Source of the DNA: Aulosira sp. ZfuVER01
Lineage (GTDB): Bacteria > Cyanobacteriota > Cyanobacteriia > Cyanobacteriales > Nostocaceae
Length of the DNA stretch: 64,000 nucleotides
NCBI GenBank assembly: GCA_034530615.2
Contig: JAVRCV020000065.1
Coordinates: 1-64,000 of the forward strand
Reading direction: 5' to 3'
This document shows positions 31,301 to 42,273 of this stretch, in pieces; within the stretch, counting starts at the first letter, position 1; each line of letters begins with the position of its first letter. A program made the translations under genes and the position numbers. The notes under the pieces were generated by a model. It searched no databases. It was given only the letters and a program-made list of their open reading frames with translations, and was not told where the DNA came from.

Positions 31301-31511
31301 GAAAGCACAGCATAACACCCATAATTGTTGCAGGCACCCACAACCATAAGCCTTGCATTCCCAATCCGGAAGTGATAAAGGGTGCAGATGTAAACCATGA
31401 AAGTAAGCCACACAAACCAAAGCCAAAAGTTTCAATTGCAGTTAAGGAGCGTGGTAGCTTTATAACTGCATAGTTATTTTTATCGACACCCAAAGTTTGC
31501 TGGGTACGCAT
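28314..31511 (-). CDS. APC amino-acid-permease-like membrane domain fused to PAS-PAS-histidine kinase
   Basis: Many TM helices with PDVAGG and RILYQLAQDGQL, two PAS domains, H-box [17 protein letters not shown] and [15 protein letters not shown]. Confidence 0.92.
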   Translation of the reverse strand: MRTQQTLGVDKNNYAVIKLPRSLTAIETFGFGLCGLLSWFTSAPFITSGLGMQGLWLWVPATIMGVMLCFQVQALGKQWPDVAGGTANYTSRLLKNLPFLGRYAALGYFVAWGSFPINAVMLTELIKAQLEPWGIHFPEMVMKIGLTILLFTVAFSGTRALAILHLCFIIPAVGLVLLFSIQGLIWLAFSPHSIGFFPSSLPSFSFVELPKWFFFVVYAIYSIETGAAFVADSQKPHQTLRLLSVAGYLIPIISLGGSWVLMRLASNPELQGETFKTFLVASPFWGNSASLIVTLLICSSCLLGAATAVANTPRILYQLAQDGQLSPVFTVVSSQGVLQPALIFTFIFSLFYLLWTDLNSLVIVITISYLLCIITFHFGLWLNRGKPGVRWPWFSLAFCLVEIVALLVGGLAWDWRNLVAGLMFPLIILIADAAIRRISFPPFHIQWWMQRRQLYSTKIKDFVGFQVGILVGLICSTVMITWIVKEGLEPLPGNTDDNLLAVLLMILSFMGVAIACWTTLPQIASIAEAREAAESRFITALDTVPDTVLVLDENGIITQANPAAEVLLELNINQLIGVHLNKFFADLDNTPAYWQSRSEQILQNVQSKRIIETTISNRVNRQRQEYIVFLRDISDRKQAEQQLLDIKNLYQQILDAIPDLVLCKGAESRIIYANKAFREYYGMTLDQLRGIIDAPFAKPDYTQQYVKDDAYVFNTGKTLVTEETVIRYDGEERLFNTIKTAIFDAQQQVIQTVGVSRDISDSKKAEEALRQQTAALEQTLLDLQQTQTQLIQTEKMSSLGQLVAGVAHEINNPVNFIHGNLTHIDRYTQDLLSLIQLYQEIYPEIAAEIQDLSTEIDLDFLREDLPKTLVSMKVGTQRIREIVLTLRNFSRLDEAEMKPVNIHQGIDSTLLILQNRLKAKPEHPPIEIIKEYGNLPDVECYAGQLNQVFMNIFSNAIDALDNYNSQRTTAEINDNLSKITIRTQVINPHWVGISIQDNGPGMAESVKQRLFDPFFTTKPVGQGTGLGLSISYQIIVDKHQGKMKCISEPGKGAEFWIEIPIKNCS

Positions 31512-31720
31512 AATTAATTATTTAAAATCAACGCTATAAATACTGAGATAACCTATTATTAGGCTTGGTAATAACAGTAGTAATGCTGAACTTTAAATAT
31601 TGCTTAAAATTTTTAAAATTTTATCAGTAATTATCCCAAAAAACGACAAATATACTATAAGCTATCGCCCTAGCGAAGTAGAGTAATATTAAGTATTTTT
31701 ACTTTTAATCAACAAATTTA

Positions 31721-34700
31721 TTATTTGCTAATTGGAATTTGAATCACAAACTCTGTCCCCTCTCCTGGTAGTGAAATACAGTCTATTTTTCCGCCATGTT
31801 TATCTACAACAATTTGATAGGCAATAGATAATCCTAAGCCAGTGCCTTCGCCTACAGGTTTAGTTGTAAAGAAAGGGTCAAAAATTCGTTCTCGAATATT
31901 TTTCGGGATACCTGGGCCATTATCTTTGATAGAGAGACTCACCCAGTCATTTTTAATAACTTGAGTACTAATGGTAATTTTGCTAGGATTATTTTGAATT
32001 TCTGTAAGCGATCGCTTTTGATAATGCCCGTTTAAAGCATCAATTGCATTATTCAGAATATTGAGAAATGCTTGATTTAATTGTGAAGCATAGCAGGCGA
32101 TGGGGGGCAATTTGGCATAATTTTTAATTACAGTAATTTCTGGATAATTGAGATTTGTAATTAACCGCGACTGTAACAGCATTAACGTACTATCTATACC
32201 CTCATGGATATCTACAGACTTAATATCAGCTTCATCGAGTCGAGAGAAGTTTCGTAAACTAAGCACAATATTACGAATACGGTTAGCTCCCACTTTCATA
32301 GAATCTAAAATTTTATGTAAATCTTCTACCAGAAATTCTAAGTCTATATCTTCTTGCGTTTGCTGAATTAACGGTGTCGCTTGAGGATATTCTTGCTGAT
32401 AAACATTAATCAGTTGTAATATAGATGCAATATAGTTATTAGTAGGTTCGATATTGGCGTAAATAAAATTAATCGGATTATTAATTTCATGAGCAACCCC
32501 AGCCACTAATTGCCCCAAGCTAGACATTTTTTCAGATTGTATAAGTTTAGCTTGTGTAACTTTTAGTTCACGTAAAGTTTGTTTCAACCGAATATTTTTT
32601 GCATTTAATGCTTGGGTTCTTGCAGCTACTTTATCTTCTAAATTTGCATAAAGCTGGGCATTTTCTAAAGAAATTGCTGCTTGGGAAGAGAGAAGTTTGA
32701 GGATTTGTAACCTATCAGGGGCAAAAGCATTAACTATCAAATCATTTTCTAAATAAAGAATACCTATTAGCTTTCCTTGATTAACGATAGGAGTAGATAA
32801 TATAGATTTTGGTTGATATTTAATGATATATGGATCGGCAGAAAAATTCGTGTTTTTTATAGCGTCATGAATTAATAAATATTCTTTAGTATGAGCTACA
32901 TAATTAATTAAACTAACTGGTACTTCCTGAGTTTGGGTAATAGGAATAGATAGTAGTTCACATGACTGATGATTTTGGTATTGCGCTACAAGGTTAAAAT
33001 TCCCATTTTCTTGGAGAATCAACGCAGCTTTGTTACCTCCGACATTTTCTAACATTACCTGCATCAGAATTTGGATTAACTTATCTATCTGAATTTCTGA
33101 GCCAATAGCTAGGGATGCTTTAGTAACAGTTTCCAAATCCAATATTGCTGTCACACCAGTACTAGTGGAGTCAACAATTGCATTAGTAATTAAAGCATTG
33201 CTATCGCTACTATTAACACTAACTTGTTTCTGATTGAGAATTGGTAAAAGTAACTGGTGATAGGATTTTGCTAAATCCTCAACTTTGACATTAGCGCCCC
33301 AACGGCTGTAACAGTAGTAAGCATCAATTAGATAGGTTTGGGCAATTTTTTCTTTACCAGCAGCCAAGTAAAATTTAGCAGCAAGTTCATTAGCTATTGC
33401 TTCTTCATGAATAAATTCATTTACCTTAGCGCCTTGAATGGCTCGATCATAAAGTTCCATAGCTTGCCAATTATGGTCTAAAATTCTTGCCTTCTCTGCT
33501 TCTACTAAATCGTACTTGTGTTGATAGTTCATTGGTGCATGAAATGCCCAATGATGCATTTGTTTCTGATTCACTAAAACTTGTTGCAGATATTGCTCTT
33601 GCTCAATACTAGGCTGGTTATTATATTCAGCTAGTAGCGCTAGAGAATAATAAAAATTGTGTTGGCTAACAGAAACTTGTCCAGCAACAGAATTTACATA
33701 TTGTTTGCCTAAACGTGCACTTTCAACTGCACTAATTGATTGGTTAAATAAATAAAATAATATGGTTTTTGCTAAAAATACACAAAAAAGTGAATTATAA
33801 TTATTTGTTTCTATAAATAACTGTAATAGTTCCGATTCATTAAAGAAAACACCATTTAATTCATGTTTATTGGCTGTTGGTTCTAGCAGATTAGATATAA
33901 ATTGCAACCAAATTTTTTGCAAATCGACAGTCCACTGCTGTTTAAGCTTGTGCATCAAGATCCTAGATGCTGCTAATTGCTGAGATACAGATGCCAAATT
34001 TTCTCCAGCAAACAACATGTGTAAGTAATGATTTGAAGAACAATAACCTACATATTCTATATCTCCATTTTCCAATCCAGATTGCACACCTTCTACTAAG
34101 GGGTCTATAGTTGTTCGTAGATGCTGTTTCCAAAATTTAATATTTGCATTCCATACCAGGAATAATCTACATTTAAGTTCTTTAGCATTCAACTTATCCA
34201 ATAAACTCAAAGCTACTTCGCCATAGCGATATCCAGCATCAATTTCTGATAACATACCGCATAGTAGCAAGCCATACAAAACATATCCATAAGTAGAAGC
34301 TGATGAGTTTCCATGCCTTATAGACAGATGTATCATTGTAAATACAATTGATGGCAGTAATGCGGGATTCGCAAAATAAGCCGCAGAAATCATGCTAATT
34401 AATATACGCATAGCAGCAAGTTGATCGGGAGCAGTCATTTTTGGTAAGTTGATTAAATCTTCAACATCCAAATTTTGCGGAGGTGCTGACTCCAGATTTA
34501 CTTCCAGCATATCTAATAGTTTTAGACCTGTATCAATAGCTAATTGCATTTGTATTTGAGCCATATACATCTGCATTTGAGCTTCATAAGCTTTTACTTG
34601 ATCGAGTAGCCTATTTGCATTTTGCTTGACTATTTCTGCGTAGATTGCTGCTTGTTCAAAGTTGATATTTAAGTATTCTGCTTCCATTACTTCTATATAT

Positions 34701-37135
34701 AGATCCAATGTCAGCTGATACTGATGTTGCCAACTATCTGTTTCCAACAATCGCAAACCCATCTGCAAATATCTAATAGCAGCTTCATAAGCAGTCGCTA
34801 ATTTAGCTTTATTACCTGCAATCAGGTTGAGTTGAGCTAATTCGGCTTTTTCTAATTTACTAGTAATTAAGTCAACGCCAATATTGAGTTGATTAACTAT
34901 TTCAAATATATTGTCTTCCAGCTTTTCTAAACTCGTATTTTTTAAAAGAGTCCGCCCAATTTTAAGGTGTATTGCTTTGTTATCTGATTCTGAGATTAGA
35001 GAGTACGCTGCTTGTTGTACGCGATCGTGGAGGAACTTATAGTTAATGCTGACTTTTTGGTCTAAATCATGAACTTCTATTTCTGAGCGAAAACTGGCTT
35101 CAGATTGCTCATCTGTATACAATTTATAAATTTCATCTGTGGGTAAAATTAACCCTTCCTGCAAAACTTGCCATAAATTAGCTCCTATTTCATAATGAGA
35201 TTGTTCGGAAATTAGGGATAAGAGATTTAAATCAAATTTATTTCCAATACAAGCAGCTATTTTTAATGTTTCTAAAGTTAATCTAGGCAACTTTTCTAAG
35301 AGACTAACTAAAAGCTGAACAACATCATCACTTTGGTATAAGATTTCTGCTTCTTTAAGATTATATTGCCAATATCCTGCTTGAAAATCAAAATTAATTA
35401 TTTCATTATTATGCAATGATTTTAATAATTGATTGCTAAAAAAAGGATTGCCTTGGGTTTTGTTAAAGACAAACCTTGTTAAAGGAGCCACTATTGAATC
35501 TGGACATCCTAAAGTATCTCCTATCAAATGACTGATATGAATTTGATCTAAAGGTTTTAAAATAATTTGATTGACTATAGCTTGAGTTTTATAAATCACA
35601 TCTAAGGTCATAAGTAAGGGATGCCCAGAAGTAACTTCATTATCTCTATAAGCACCAATGAGTAACAGATATATAGAATCTGTCTCACTCATTAATAATT
35701 GAATTAATTTTAATGATGCAGAGTCTGCCCATTGCAAATCATCTAAAAAAATGACTAGGGGATGTTCTTTAGTTGCTACTACTTGAATGAATTTACTAAA
35801 TAGCAAATTAAAGCGATTTTGCCCAGCAGTTCCTGTGAGTTCAGGAATTGCTGGTTGTTGACCAACTATCAATTCCAATTCAGGAATTACATCAATTACG
35901 ATCCCTGCTTGTTCTCCTAATGCTGATAAAATATGCTTTTTCCACTCTTGCAATTGATCTGTGCTTGCAGTAAGTAATTGCCCTATAAAACTACGAAAAG
36001 CTTGTACGAATGCAGAAAAAGGAAGATTGCGCTGAAATTGGTCGAATTTACCAGCAATAAAATAACCGTTTTGTCTAATAATTGGTTTATGAACTTCATT
36101 AACAATAGAGGTTTTACCAATACCAGAGAACCCAGCGATTAACATCAATTCTACATTCCCTAAACTAACTCGTTCAAAGGCATTTAATAAAGTGCTAACC
36201 TCGGTTTCTCTGCCATAAAGTTTTTCGGGGATGAGGAAGCGATCGCTTATATCTTTTGCTCCCAATTTCAAGTCTGTAATTTCACCCTGACTTAACAACA
36301 TTTGCTGACAGATTTCTAAATCATGTTGGAGTCCTCTAGCTGTTTGATAACGCTCCTCAGGAGACTTTGCCATTAACTTCAGAATTATGTTGACAATAGT
36401 CTGAGGAATATTGATATTAAGTATTATTGGATTAATAGGTTCCTGTGCAAGATGGCAATGTACTAACTCAACAGGACTCGTGCTATTAAAAGGTAACTGT
36501 CCTGTCAGTAATTCATAAAAAGTCACGCCAAGAGAATAAAAGTCTGTACGGTAGTCTATACCGCGATTCATTCTGCCAGTTTGCTCTGGAGATATATAAG
36601 CCAGAGTTCCTTCTAAAACATTTGGGCTTTTAATCTCAGTATTTTCCTTAGGTAAGATAGAAGAAATACTAAAATCTATCAATTTAACTTGCTTAGTTTC
36701 TGGATTAATTAAAATATTTTTTGGTTTAATATCTTTATGAATAATTTTATTTTTATAGAGGCACTCTAAGGCAGACGCAATTGCAATAGCAATTGGGAGA
36801 AACTCATTTATATATAGAGGTTGAGAGTTCACATATTGACTGAGAGCAATACCACCAAAATCTTCTAATATCAAGGCATAACTATTGCCGTAGGTTTCTA
36901 GCCCATAGCATTTAATAATATTTGGATGGTCGATATAGCTGGATATAGTATACTGATTTTTTAATAAAATTAAGTCTTTGAGTTGCGGATAAGTTGTATT
37001 CAAAACTTTAATAGCAACTGGTTTTTGCGACTGTATTTGGTTAGCACGATAGACGATACTTCTAGCACTAATATGCAGTGTATTGCTAATTTTATAACCA
37101 GCAAGCGTGTTAATTTGTCCAGGTGTCTCAATCAT
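31721..37135 (-). CDS. Ser/Thr kinase-AAA ATPase-GAF-histidine kinase (HstK type)
   Basis: [39 protein letters not shown] (GILYLEN) and H-box AHEINNP. Confidence 0.96.
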   Translation of the reverse strand: MIETPGQINTLAGYKISNTLHISARSIVYRANQIQSQKPVAIKVLNTTYPQLKDLILLKNQYTISSYIDHPNIIKCYGLETYGNSYALILEDFGGIALSQYVNSQPLYINEFLPIAIAIASALECLYKNKIIHKDIKPKNILINPETKQVKLIDFSISSILPKENTEIKSPNVLEGTLAYISPEQTGRMNRGIDYRTDFYSLGVTFYELLTGQLPFNSTSPVELVHCHLAQEPINPIILNINIPQTIVNIILKLMAKSPEERYQTARGLQHDLEICQQMLLSQGEITDLKLGAKDISDRFLIPEKLYGRETEVSTLLNAFERVSLGNVELMLIAGFSGIGKTSIVNEVHKPIIRQNGYFIAGKFDQFQRNLPFSAFVQAFRSFIGQLLTASTDQLQEWKKHILSALGEQAGIVIDVIPELELIVGQQPAIPELTGTAGQNRFNLLFSKFIQVVATKEHPLVIFLDDLQWADSASLKLIQLLMSETDSIYLLLIGAYRDNEVTSGHPLLMTLDVIYKTQAIVNQIILKPLDQIHISHLIGDTLGCPDSIVAPLTRFVFNKTQGNPFFSNQLLKSLHNNEIINFDFQAGYWQYNLKEAEILYQSDDVVQLLVSLLEKLPRLTLETLKIAACIGNKFDLNLLSLISEQSHYEIGANLWQVLQEGLILPTDEIYKLYTDEQSEASFRSEIEVHDLDQKVSINYKFLHDRVQQAAYSLISESDNKAIHLKIGRTLLKNTSLEKLEDNIFEIVNQLNIGVDLITSKLEKAELAQLNLIAGNKAKLATAYEAAIRYLQMGLRLLETDSWQHQYQLTLDLYIEVMEAEYLNINFEQAAIYAEIVKQNANRLLDQVKAYEAQMQMYMAQIQMQLAIDTGLKLLDMLEVNLESAPPQNLDVEDLINLPKMTAPDQLAAMRILISMISAAYFANPALLPSIVFTMIHLSIRHGNSSASTYGYVLYGLLLCGMLSEIDAGYRYGEVALSLLDKLNAKELKCRLFLVWNANIKFWKQHLRTTIDPLVEGVQSGLENGDIEYVGYCSSNHYLHMLFAGENLASVSQQLAASRILMHKLKQQWTVDLQKIWLQFISNLLEPTANKHELNGVFFNESELLQLFIETNNYNSLFCVFLAKTILFYLFNQSISAVESARLGKQYVNSVAGQVSVSQHNFYYSLALLAEYNNQPSIEQEQYLQQVLVNQKQMHHWAFHAPMNYQHKYDLVEAEKARILDHNWQAMELYDRAIQGAKVNEFIHEEAIANELAAKFYLAAGKEKIAQTYLIDAYYCYSRWGANVKVEDLAKSYHQLLLPILNQKQVSVNSSDSNALITNAIVDSTSTGVTAILDLETVTKASLAIGSEIQIDKLIQILMQVMLENVGGNKAALILQENGNFNLVAQYQNHQSCELLSIPITQTQEVPVSLINYVAHTKEYLLIHDAIKNTNFSADPYIIKYQPKSILSTPIVNQGKLIGILYLENDLIVNAFAPDRLQILKLLSSQAAISLENAQLYANLEDKVAARTQALNAKNIRLKQTLRELKVTQAKLIQSEKMSSLGQLVAGVAHEINNPINFIYANIEPTNNYIASILQLINVYQQEYPQATPLIQQTQEDIDLEFLVEDLHKILDSMKVGANRIRNIVLSLRNFSRLDEADIKSVDIHEGIDSTLMLLQSRLITNLNYPEITVIKNYAKLPPIACYASQLNQAFLNILNNAIDALNGHYQKRSLTEIQNNPSKITISTQVIKNDWVSLSIKDNGPGIPKNIRERIFDPFFTTKPVGEGTGLGLSIAYQIVVDKHGGKIDCISLPGEGTEFVIQIPISK

Positions 37136-37324
37136 AAGACTACTTAACTAAGTTTCTGAGGAGCTACTGAGTATAGTGTTCCCTAGAAAATTCTCAGTTA
37201 AACATTTATAAAGGCAATTAGCAGAATTCTCCTATAAATTATCCTCAACAAACTGCCTGGAAAAAGTTGCTCGATTCTATAGTGATTGTATATTTGAGAT
37301 ATAGAAAGTTTTGATGTATCAAAA

Positions 37325-37346
37325 AAATGTGATTAATATCACTTTT
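37325..37346. promoter_or_regulatory. CRP-family binding site candidate
   Basis: aaaTGTGAttaataTCACttt, close to the TGTGA-N6-TCACA consensus, about 190 bp upstream of the kinase gene. Confidence 0.55.
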
Positions 37347-37480
37347 TCATAAAACAAAAATTGATTTATATAGAAGATTTAATGATGAGTAGAAAATAAA
37401 CTGGGAGATATAGCACTTATAGCTTGTATATAATCTGTGCCAATCTCCCATAACTTTTATTAAGTTTAATAGATGAGTAT

Positions 37481-37834
37481 CTAACCAAATGTTGTACCGT
37501 TCCAACCCCACATCGCGCCTTTAGCATCTGCAAACTCTATATAAATGCGATTTTTAGGTACACCTAGCGATTGGTTAATTTGTTGACAAAAATCTTGACT
37601 CATACTGCTGGTTTGGTCAGGTTTCATTGTGCCAATGCTTTTAATTTCAATGTAACAAACCGGGTCTGTAGTACCAGCAAAAGTCATTGGAACTTCTGGC
37701 TCAAAAGCTGTCATTACATAGGATTCTGGTTTACTTAAATGCTTCGCTAACTTAGCTGATAGGCTTTTCAGCATTGCCTCAACTTCAGCTTTTTCTGGGG
37801 CAGATACAGAAGTTTGTACTTTAATTAATGGCAT
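37481..37834 (-). CDS. MIF-family tautomerase
   Basis: ATG at 37834 gives MPLIKVQT with the catalytic Pro-1; also KPESYVM, KSIG, RIYIEF and WGWNGTTF. Confidence 0.93.
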   Translation of the reverse strand: MPLIKVQTSVSAPEKAEVEAMLKSLSAKLAKHLSKPESYVMTAFEPEVPMTFAGTTDPVCYIEIKSIGTMKPDQTSSMSQDFCQQINQSLGVPKNRIYIEFADAKGAMWGWNGTTFG

Positions 37835-37917
37835 AGTAAATAATTCAAAATTCAAAATTGTCAACTTGGATGATGGCAATTATCTTAATTAGTTTATCGA
37901 ACCACAGAGCCACAGAG

Positions 37918-37964
37918 GAGGGCAGTTGCGTGGGCGGGTTTCCCGACTTGAGCAAACTGCCCGT
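37918..37964. repeat. Small dispersed repeat (intact hairpin element)
   Basis: gagggcagttgcgtgggcgggtttcccgacttgagcaaactgcccgt. Confidence 0.75.
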
Positions 37965-38022
37965 AACACAAAGATGAGAGGAAGGTGGAGGGTACAGAAG
38001 GAATAAGCAGAACAACGAATGA

Positions 38023-38829
38023 CTAATGGCTAGAGCGAAATAGATGATGATGTTCGGGATGATATAGGCGCGATCGCGCTGTTGTTGGCGAGAGTGCTGG
38101 GCTGATAATGTAAAGTGTGGTGCGTATTAGCTGTTCTTGATGGGTACAAGCTGCCATCTCTTCCAGGGGAACAACCCGAATCTTTTCATCAGGCCAGCCT
38201 ACACGAAAACAAATCGCTACTGGGGTTGCGGCTGGATAATGTTCTAGCAGCTTGGCTTGGGCTTCTTCAACATGACGCGCACTCAAATATAAGCAAAGAC
38301 TAGCCTGATGGGCGGCGAGAGTTGCTAGTTCTTCTCTAGCGGGAACTGATGTACGTCCGCTAATGCGCGTCAAAATGATAGTTTGCACTAAATTAGGGAC
38401 AGTTAATTCGACTTGAAGTTTAGCGGCGGCGGCTTGAAAGGCGCTAATCCCTGGAATGACTTCAAAGGGAATTTCTGCTTCTTTTAAAAGCTGCATTTGT
38501 TCGTGGATAGCGCTGTAGAGGCTAGGATCGCCTGAATGTAGACGGACGACAGATTTATGCGATCGCACTCGTTCTGTCATCAGCGGTACAATCTCTTCTA
38601 AAGTCTTATTCGCAGTCCGAATAATTTCTGCATCTGGACGACAAAGATCTAAAATCTGTTCTGGTATTAAGGAATCAGCAAATAAAATTACATCCCCAAC
38701 AGCTAGTAGTTTTTGTGCTTTGACCGTTAATAAATCTGGATCTCCGGGGCCTGCCCCTACAATGTAAACCTTTGGTTCTAGTGGATGTAAGGTTTTTGAG
38801 GAACATATTTTATCAGTAAATTCACTCAT
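38023..38829 (-). CDS. cobM: Precorrin-4 C11-methyltransferase
   Basis: VGAGPGDPDLLTVK, VRLHSGDPSLYSAIHEQ, QTIILTR and RSRLYHP. Confidence 0.95.
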   Translation of the reverse strand: MSEFTDKICSSKTLHPLEPKVYIVGAGPGDPDLLTVKAQKLLAVGDVILFADSLIPEQILDLCRPDAEIIRTANKTLEEIVPLMTERVRSHKSVVRLHSGDPSLYSAIHEQMQLLKEAEIPFEVIPGISAFQAAAAKLQVELTVPNLVQTIILTRISGRTSVPAREELATLAAHQASLCLYLSARHVEEAQAKLLEHYPAATPVAICFRVGWPDEKIRVVPLEEMAACTHQEQLIRTTLYIISPALSPTTARSRLYHPEHHHLFRSSH

Positions 38830-38885
38830 AGAGATCGTCTAAGTCAATTCTTCAAAAAAAATTTTTGATAAATTTTCAGTGTCTT

Positions 38886-38913
38886 TCCGGATAGACTCTA
38901 TTTCCCTAGTAGA
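38886..38913 (+). promoter_or_regulatory. DIF1-type (heterocyst, HetR-dependent) promoter
   Basis: TCCGGA (38886-38891), N17, GTAGA (38909-38913); predicted start near 38920. Confidence 0.7.
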
Positions 38914-38919
38914 GAGTAA

Positions 38920-38969
38920 TGGTAGATGCACCCTGGTTAAGCCCTGGAGAACACTCTGGGGCATTTTTT
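38920..38969 (+). ncRNA. nsiR1: NsiR1-like small RNA (solitary copy)
   Basis: Begins TGGTAGATGCACCCTG, matching the NsiR1 5' end as recalled; terminator hairpin 38941-38962 plus T-run; DIF1 promoter upstream. Confidence 0.75.
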
Positions 38970-38996
38970 ATTTTTGGGGTATTTGGTCATTTGTCC

Positions 38997-39056
38997 GTAG
39001 GGGCGGGTTTTGTGAAATATTCAGTAATGAAAGATGTGAGTTAAACCCGCCCCTAC
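38997..39056. repeat. GTAG-type REP-like inverted doublet
   Basis: gtaggggcgggttt...aaacccgcccctac, perfect 14-bp arms. Confidence 0.85.
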
Positions 39057-39061
39057 AAGAG

Positions 39062-39970
39062 TCAAGATTTTTTCCCTGTCTTCCCTGTCTCCCTCATCCC
39101 CTCTATCGCTCCATTACTCCTAGAGGTGGAAACGACATCTGGCAAAGGACGTTGAGCTAAGTAAAGCCAAGCTAACCCAGCTAATCCCAAAAGAATTCCG
39201 ATTAAACTCACGACTTGAGCCATCCTCAACGGCCCTAGCATGAGGCTATCAGTACGAAAACCTTCAATCCACACACGTCCAAGGCTGTAAGCTGCCAAAT
39301 AAGTGAGAAATAGCGTACCTATCTTTAAGCGTGGTTTTCCTTGTAAACTCCGAACAAACAGCGTTATCAGCAAAGCAAACACCATTAAATCCCACAAAGA
39401 TTCGTAGAGGAAAGTGGGATGGAAGTACTCAAAATTAGCTAACTCTGGGGGACGACGATCCGCCGGGATATACAACTTCCACGGTAAATTGGTAGGGTCG
39501 CCAAAAGCTTCCGAGTTGAAAAAATTTCCCCAACGTCCGATCGCTTGCCCTAAAATCAGCGAAGGCGCTACTAAATCTGCTAGTTGCCAAAAAGAAATTT
39601 GCTTGAGTTTGGCAAATATTAACGCCGCCACAAGGCCACCTAGAATTGCTCCGTGAATTGCAATCCCCCCTTGCCAAATAGCGATAATTCGCTCTGGGTG
39701 CTGGGCATATTCTGGCCATTGAAACAAAACGTAATATAGCCTGGCTGCCGGAATTGCCCCAATCACCAGCCAAATTGACAAATCGCTAAGTAAGTCCGGG
39801 TTAACGTTACGACGCTTTGCCAAGTACTGGGAAAGGCTGACACCAATTAACACTGCTGAGGCGATTAATAAGCCATACCAGCGAATAGTTATTGGCCCTA
39901 TTCTCCAGAGAATCGGACCTGGAGAAGTAAATTGAAATGCCAAAGGCAAAGTGGAAAGATCCAGTGCCAT
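39062..39970 (-). CDS. lgt: Prolipoprotein diacylglyceryl transferase
   Basis: [30 protein letters not shown] and HPTFLYES. Confidence 0.97.
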   Translation of the reverse strand: MALDLSTLPLAFQFTSPGPILWRIGPITIRWYGLLIASAVLIGVSLSQYLAKRRNVNPDLLSDLSIWLVIGAIPAARLYYVLFQWPEYAQHPERIIAIWQGGIAIHGAILGGLVAALIFAKLKQISFWQLADLVAPSLILGQAIGRWGNFFNSEAFGDPTNLPWKLYIPADRRPPELANFEYFHPTFLYESLWDLMVFALLITLFVRSLQGKPRLKIGTLFLTYLAAYSLGRVWIEGFRTDSLMLGPLRMAQVVSLIGILLGLAGLAWLYLAQRPLPDVVSTSRSNGAIEGMRETGKTGKKS

Positions 39971-40284
39971 GCAAAAATACCTAGATAACTAAATTATTAA
40001 TCAGCGTTAGCAGCTTCCCATCATAGGACAAGAAGCAAGGAGCTTTGAGTATATAAACAATTAGAGCAGGTTTTGCTTTGAGGTAAAAACTTGTCAAATT
40101 TGTAGTAAGCACTTAAGCGCTGAAAAATCTCCTGACTACAGTCACGACTATAAATATACGGAGTTGAGAACGATTACTTAGTATCGTTAATTTCTTTAAC
40201 AAAAATAGTATTTGCCTAAGATTTGATGGCTTTATCAGCAGGTTTAGATATAATCACCTACATAACTTTGATGTATCGAAGATT

Positions 40285-40836
40285 GTGATTGCTATTTACC
40301 CTGGTAGCTTTGACCCCATTACTTTGGGACATCTGGACATCATTCAGCGCGCTAGTCGGCTGTTTGAGCAGGTGATTGTGGCTGTATTGCGGAACCCTAA
40401 CAAAACTCCACTTTTTAGCGTGCAGCAACGGCTAGAGCAAATTCGTGTATCTACACGACATCTGACAAATGTCGAAGCAGATAGCTTTGATGGTTTGACA
40501 GTCAACTACGCCCAAATGCGGCAAGCACAAGTGTTATTGCGGGGTTTGCGAGCAGTTTCAGACTTTGAAATCGAGCTTCAGATGGCTCATACTAATAAAA
40601 CTCTTTCCACTCAGATAGAGACGGTTTTTCTAGCCACCTCCAATGAGTATAGTTTTTTAAGTAGTAGTGTGGTAAAAGAGATTGCAAGGTTTGGTGGCTC
40701 TATCGATCATCTCGTTCCTGCGCACGTTGCCCTAGAAATATACCAATGCTACAACCACAACTCTCCAATGTTGAACCCAATCACAACGGAAACAATCACC
40801 CCCCTCAAGAGTATCCCGAAGGATCGGGAAGCGTAG
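40285..40836 (+). CDS. coaD: Phosphopantetheine adenylyltransferase
   Basis: [26 protein letters not shown] and SSSVVKEIA. Confidence 0.97.
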   Translation: MIAIYPGSFDPITLGHLDIIQRASRLFEQVIVAVLRNPNKTPLFSVQQRLEQIRVSTRHLTNVEADSFDGLTVNYAQMRQAQVLLRGLRAVSDFEIELQMAHTNKTLSTQIETVFLATSNEYSFLSSSVVKEIARFGGSIDHLVPAHVALEIYQCYNHNSPMLNPITTETITPLKSIPKDREA

Positions 40837-41414
40837 ACATTCAGGAGGAATTCAATCGCCTAGAGGAAATTATTCTGAATGGGCTGAAAATTCCGCTGAC
40901 TGGACGCACGCTAGTTGATGATGAAAAGCTGCTAGAACAGCTTGATTTTATCAGGGTTTCTTTACCGTCAGTTTTTGAAGAAGCAGCATCGATCCTCGAT
41001 CAAAAAGAGGAAATTCTGCTGGAAGCCGAAGAGTATGGCCAGCAAGTTGTTGAAGCGGCTCAAGCTAAACGTGCCCAAATCCTAGCTGAAAGCGATGTTA
41101 TTAAACAGGCAGAACGCGAAGCTGAACAGCTAAGACGACAAGTACAACAAGAATGCGATGCCATGATGCAAGAAACTCTTGCAGAAATTGAGCAAAAGCG
41201 CCGTGCTTGTATGCAAGAGTTAGAAGAAATGCGACAAACTGCGATCGCTCAAGCTCAAGAAATTGAAAATGGTGCCGATCAATATGCTGATAATGTCCTA
41301 GAAGGTATTGAGCAGGATCTTAAAGATATGTTGCGAATTATCACCAACGGAAGACAAGAACTCCGAGCAGATATGCCCCCGCAACGCAATTCTTCATCAT
41401 CCAAGAAAAGATAA
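40746..41414 (+). CDS. cdv3: DivIVA-like coiled-coil cell division protein Cdv3
   Basis: [16 protein letters not shown] and GADQYAD; coiled coil; position after coaD as in other cyanobacteria. Confidence 0.8.
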   Translation: MLQPQLSNVEPNHNGNNHPPQEYPEGSGSVDIQEEFNRLEEIILNGLKIPLTGRTLVDDEKLLEQLDFIRVSLPSVFEEAASILDQKEEILLEAEEYGQQVVEAAQAKRAQILAESDVIKQAEREAEQLRRQVQQECDAMMQETLAEIEQKRRACMQELEEMRQTAIAQAQEIENGADQYADNVLEGIEQDLKDMLRIITNGRQELRADMPPQRNSSSSKKR

Positions 41415-41655
41415 ACATGATTCTAAATTTACCTATTTAGACGTATGAAGAAATAGAAAGGAGATTTGATAAAAAATTCAACATTAGATAATGTCAACAC
41501 AGAAAAAAACTTTGGCTACTGATTAGCCACAAATAAACTGTGTGATAGCTTACTATGTTCCTAAATTTTAAAAAATACTTTCTTTAAAAAAACAAATTTA
41601 AAGCCTATTTTGGAAATAAAGCAGAGGTAATTGCAATTCAAGTTTAACATTTCAA

Positions 41656-41688
41656 AGATTCCCGGCTTCTTGAAGAAGTCGGGAATCT
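41656..41688. repeat. Palindromic small dispersed repeat
   Basis: agattcccggcttct-tga-agaagtcgggaatct, same family as 1829-1861. Confidence 0.8.
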
Positions 41689-41766
41689 AACAACGTAACT
41701 AAACCCATATAATAAAACCAAACCTAGCAATATATAAATTGATTAAATGCTGAGGAATAATATAAT

Positions 41767-42108
41767 ATGTCCATCTTAAATGTATTATTTTTGCTGCAAG
41801 TTAATTTTGGTTTTAATACAGCCAGCTTGCTAGGAATACTATATATAATTTTCGGTATATCTTACATGATTTTTATGGTATTTTTGCTATTTAGACGTGC
41901 TAGTAGGCTTAATAGCATAGCTTTTGTTATTTATCTTGTTCAAGCACTCTTAATACCAAGTGTCATGTTGCTTTGTGGGTTTATTTTTGTTTTTCAGGGC
42001 TGGCGATTAGATCCAATCCTACAATTTGCTCAATTTTTATTAACTATATTAATTATTTACTTCAGTGCTAAAGATATTCTCATCAATGAAGTTTACAGAA
42101 ATAGGTAA
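41767..42108 (+). CDS. Ycf66 N-terminal domain membrane protein
   Basis: VNFGFNTASLLGI and FQGWRLDPILQF signature. Confidence 0.88.
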   Translation: MSILNVLFLLQVNFGFNTASLLGILYIIFGISYMIFMVFLLFRRASRLNSIAFVIYLVQALLIPSVMLLCGFIFVFQGWRLDPILQFAQFLLTILIIYFSAKDILINEVYRNR

Positions 42109-42147
42109 CATAGCCAAGTTTTGATTGTAATCTCTAATAGACAAAAT

Positions 42148-42268
42148 TACAGAGTTTGCGTCAACCGAATTTTGGGAGCAATCAGGCTAAAACTTATATG
42201 CAGCAGTAAATCCAGCTACAATTTTACACTTTCCCTTTTGAACACATACCGACTGACGCAATTCTGTA
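42148..42268. mobile_element. MITE-like element
   Basis: Imperfect terminal inverted repeats tacagagtttgcgtcaaccg / ccgactgacgcaattctgta, TA at both ends, non-coding. Confidence 0.55.
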
Positions 42269-42273
42269 GTTAA

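Noticed and set aside
38830..39060. Cobalamin riboswitch upstream of cobM
   Set aside because: No recognisable B12-box; the spacer is explained by the NsiR1-like unit and a REP doublet.
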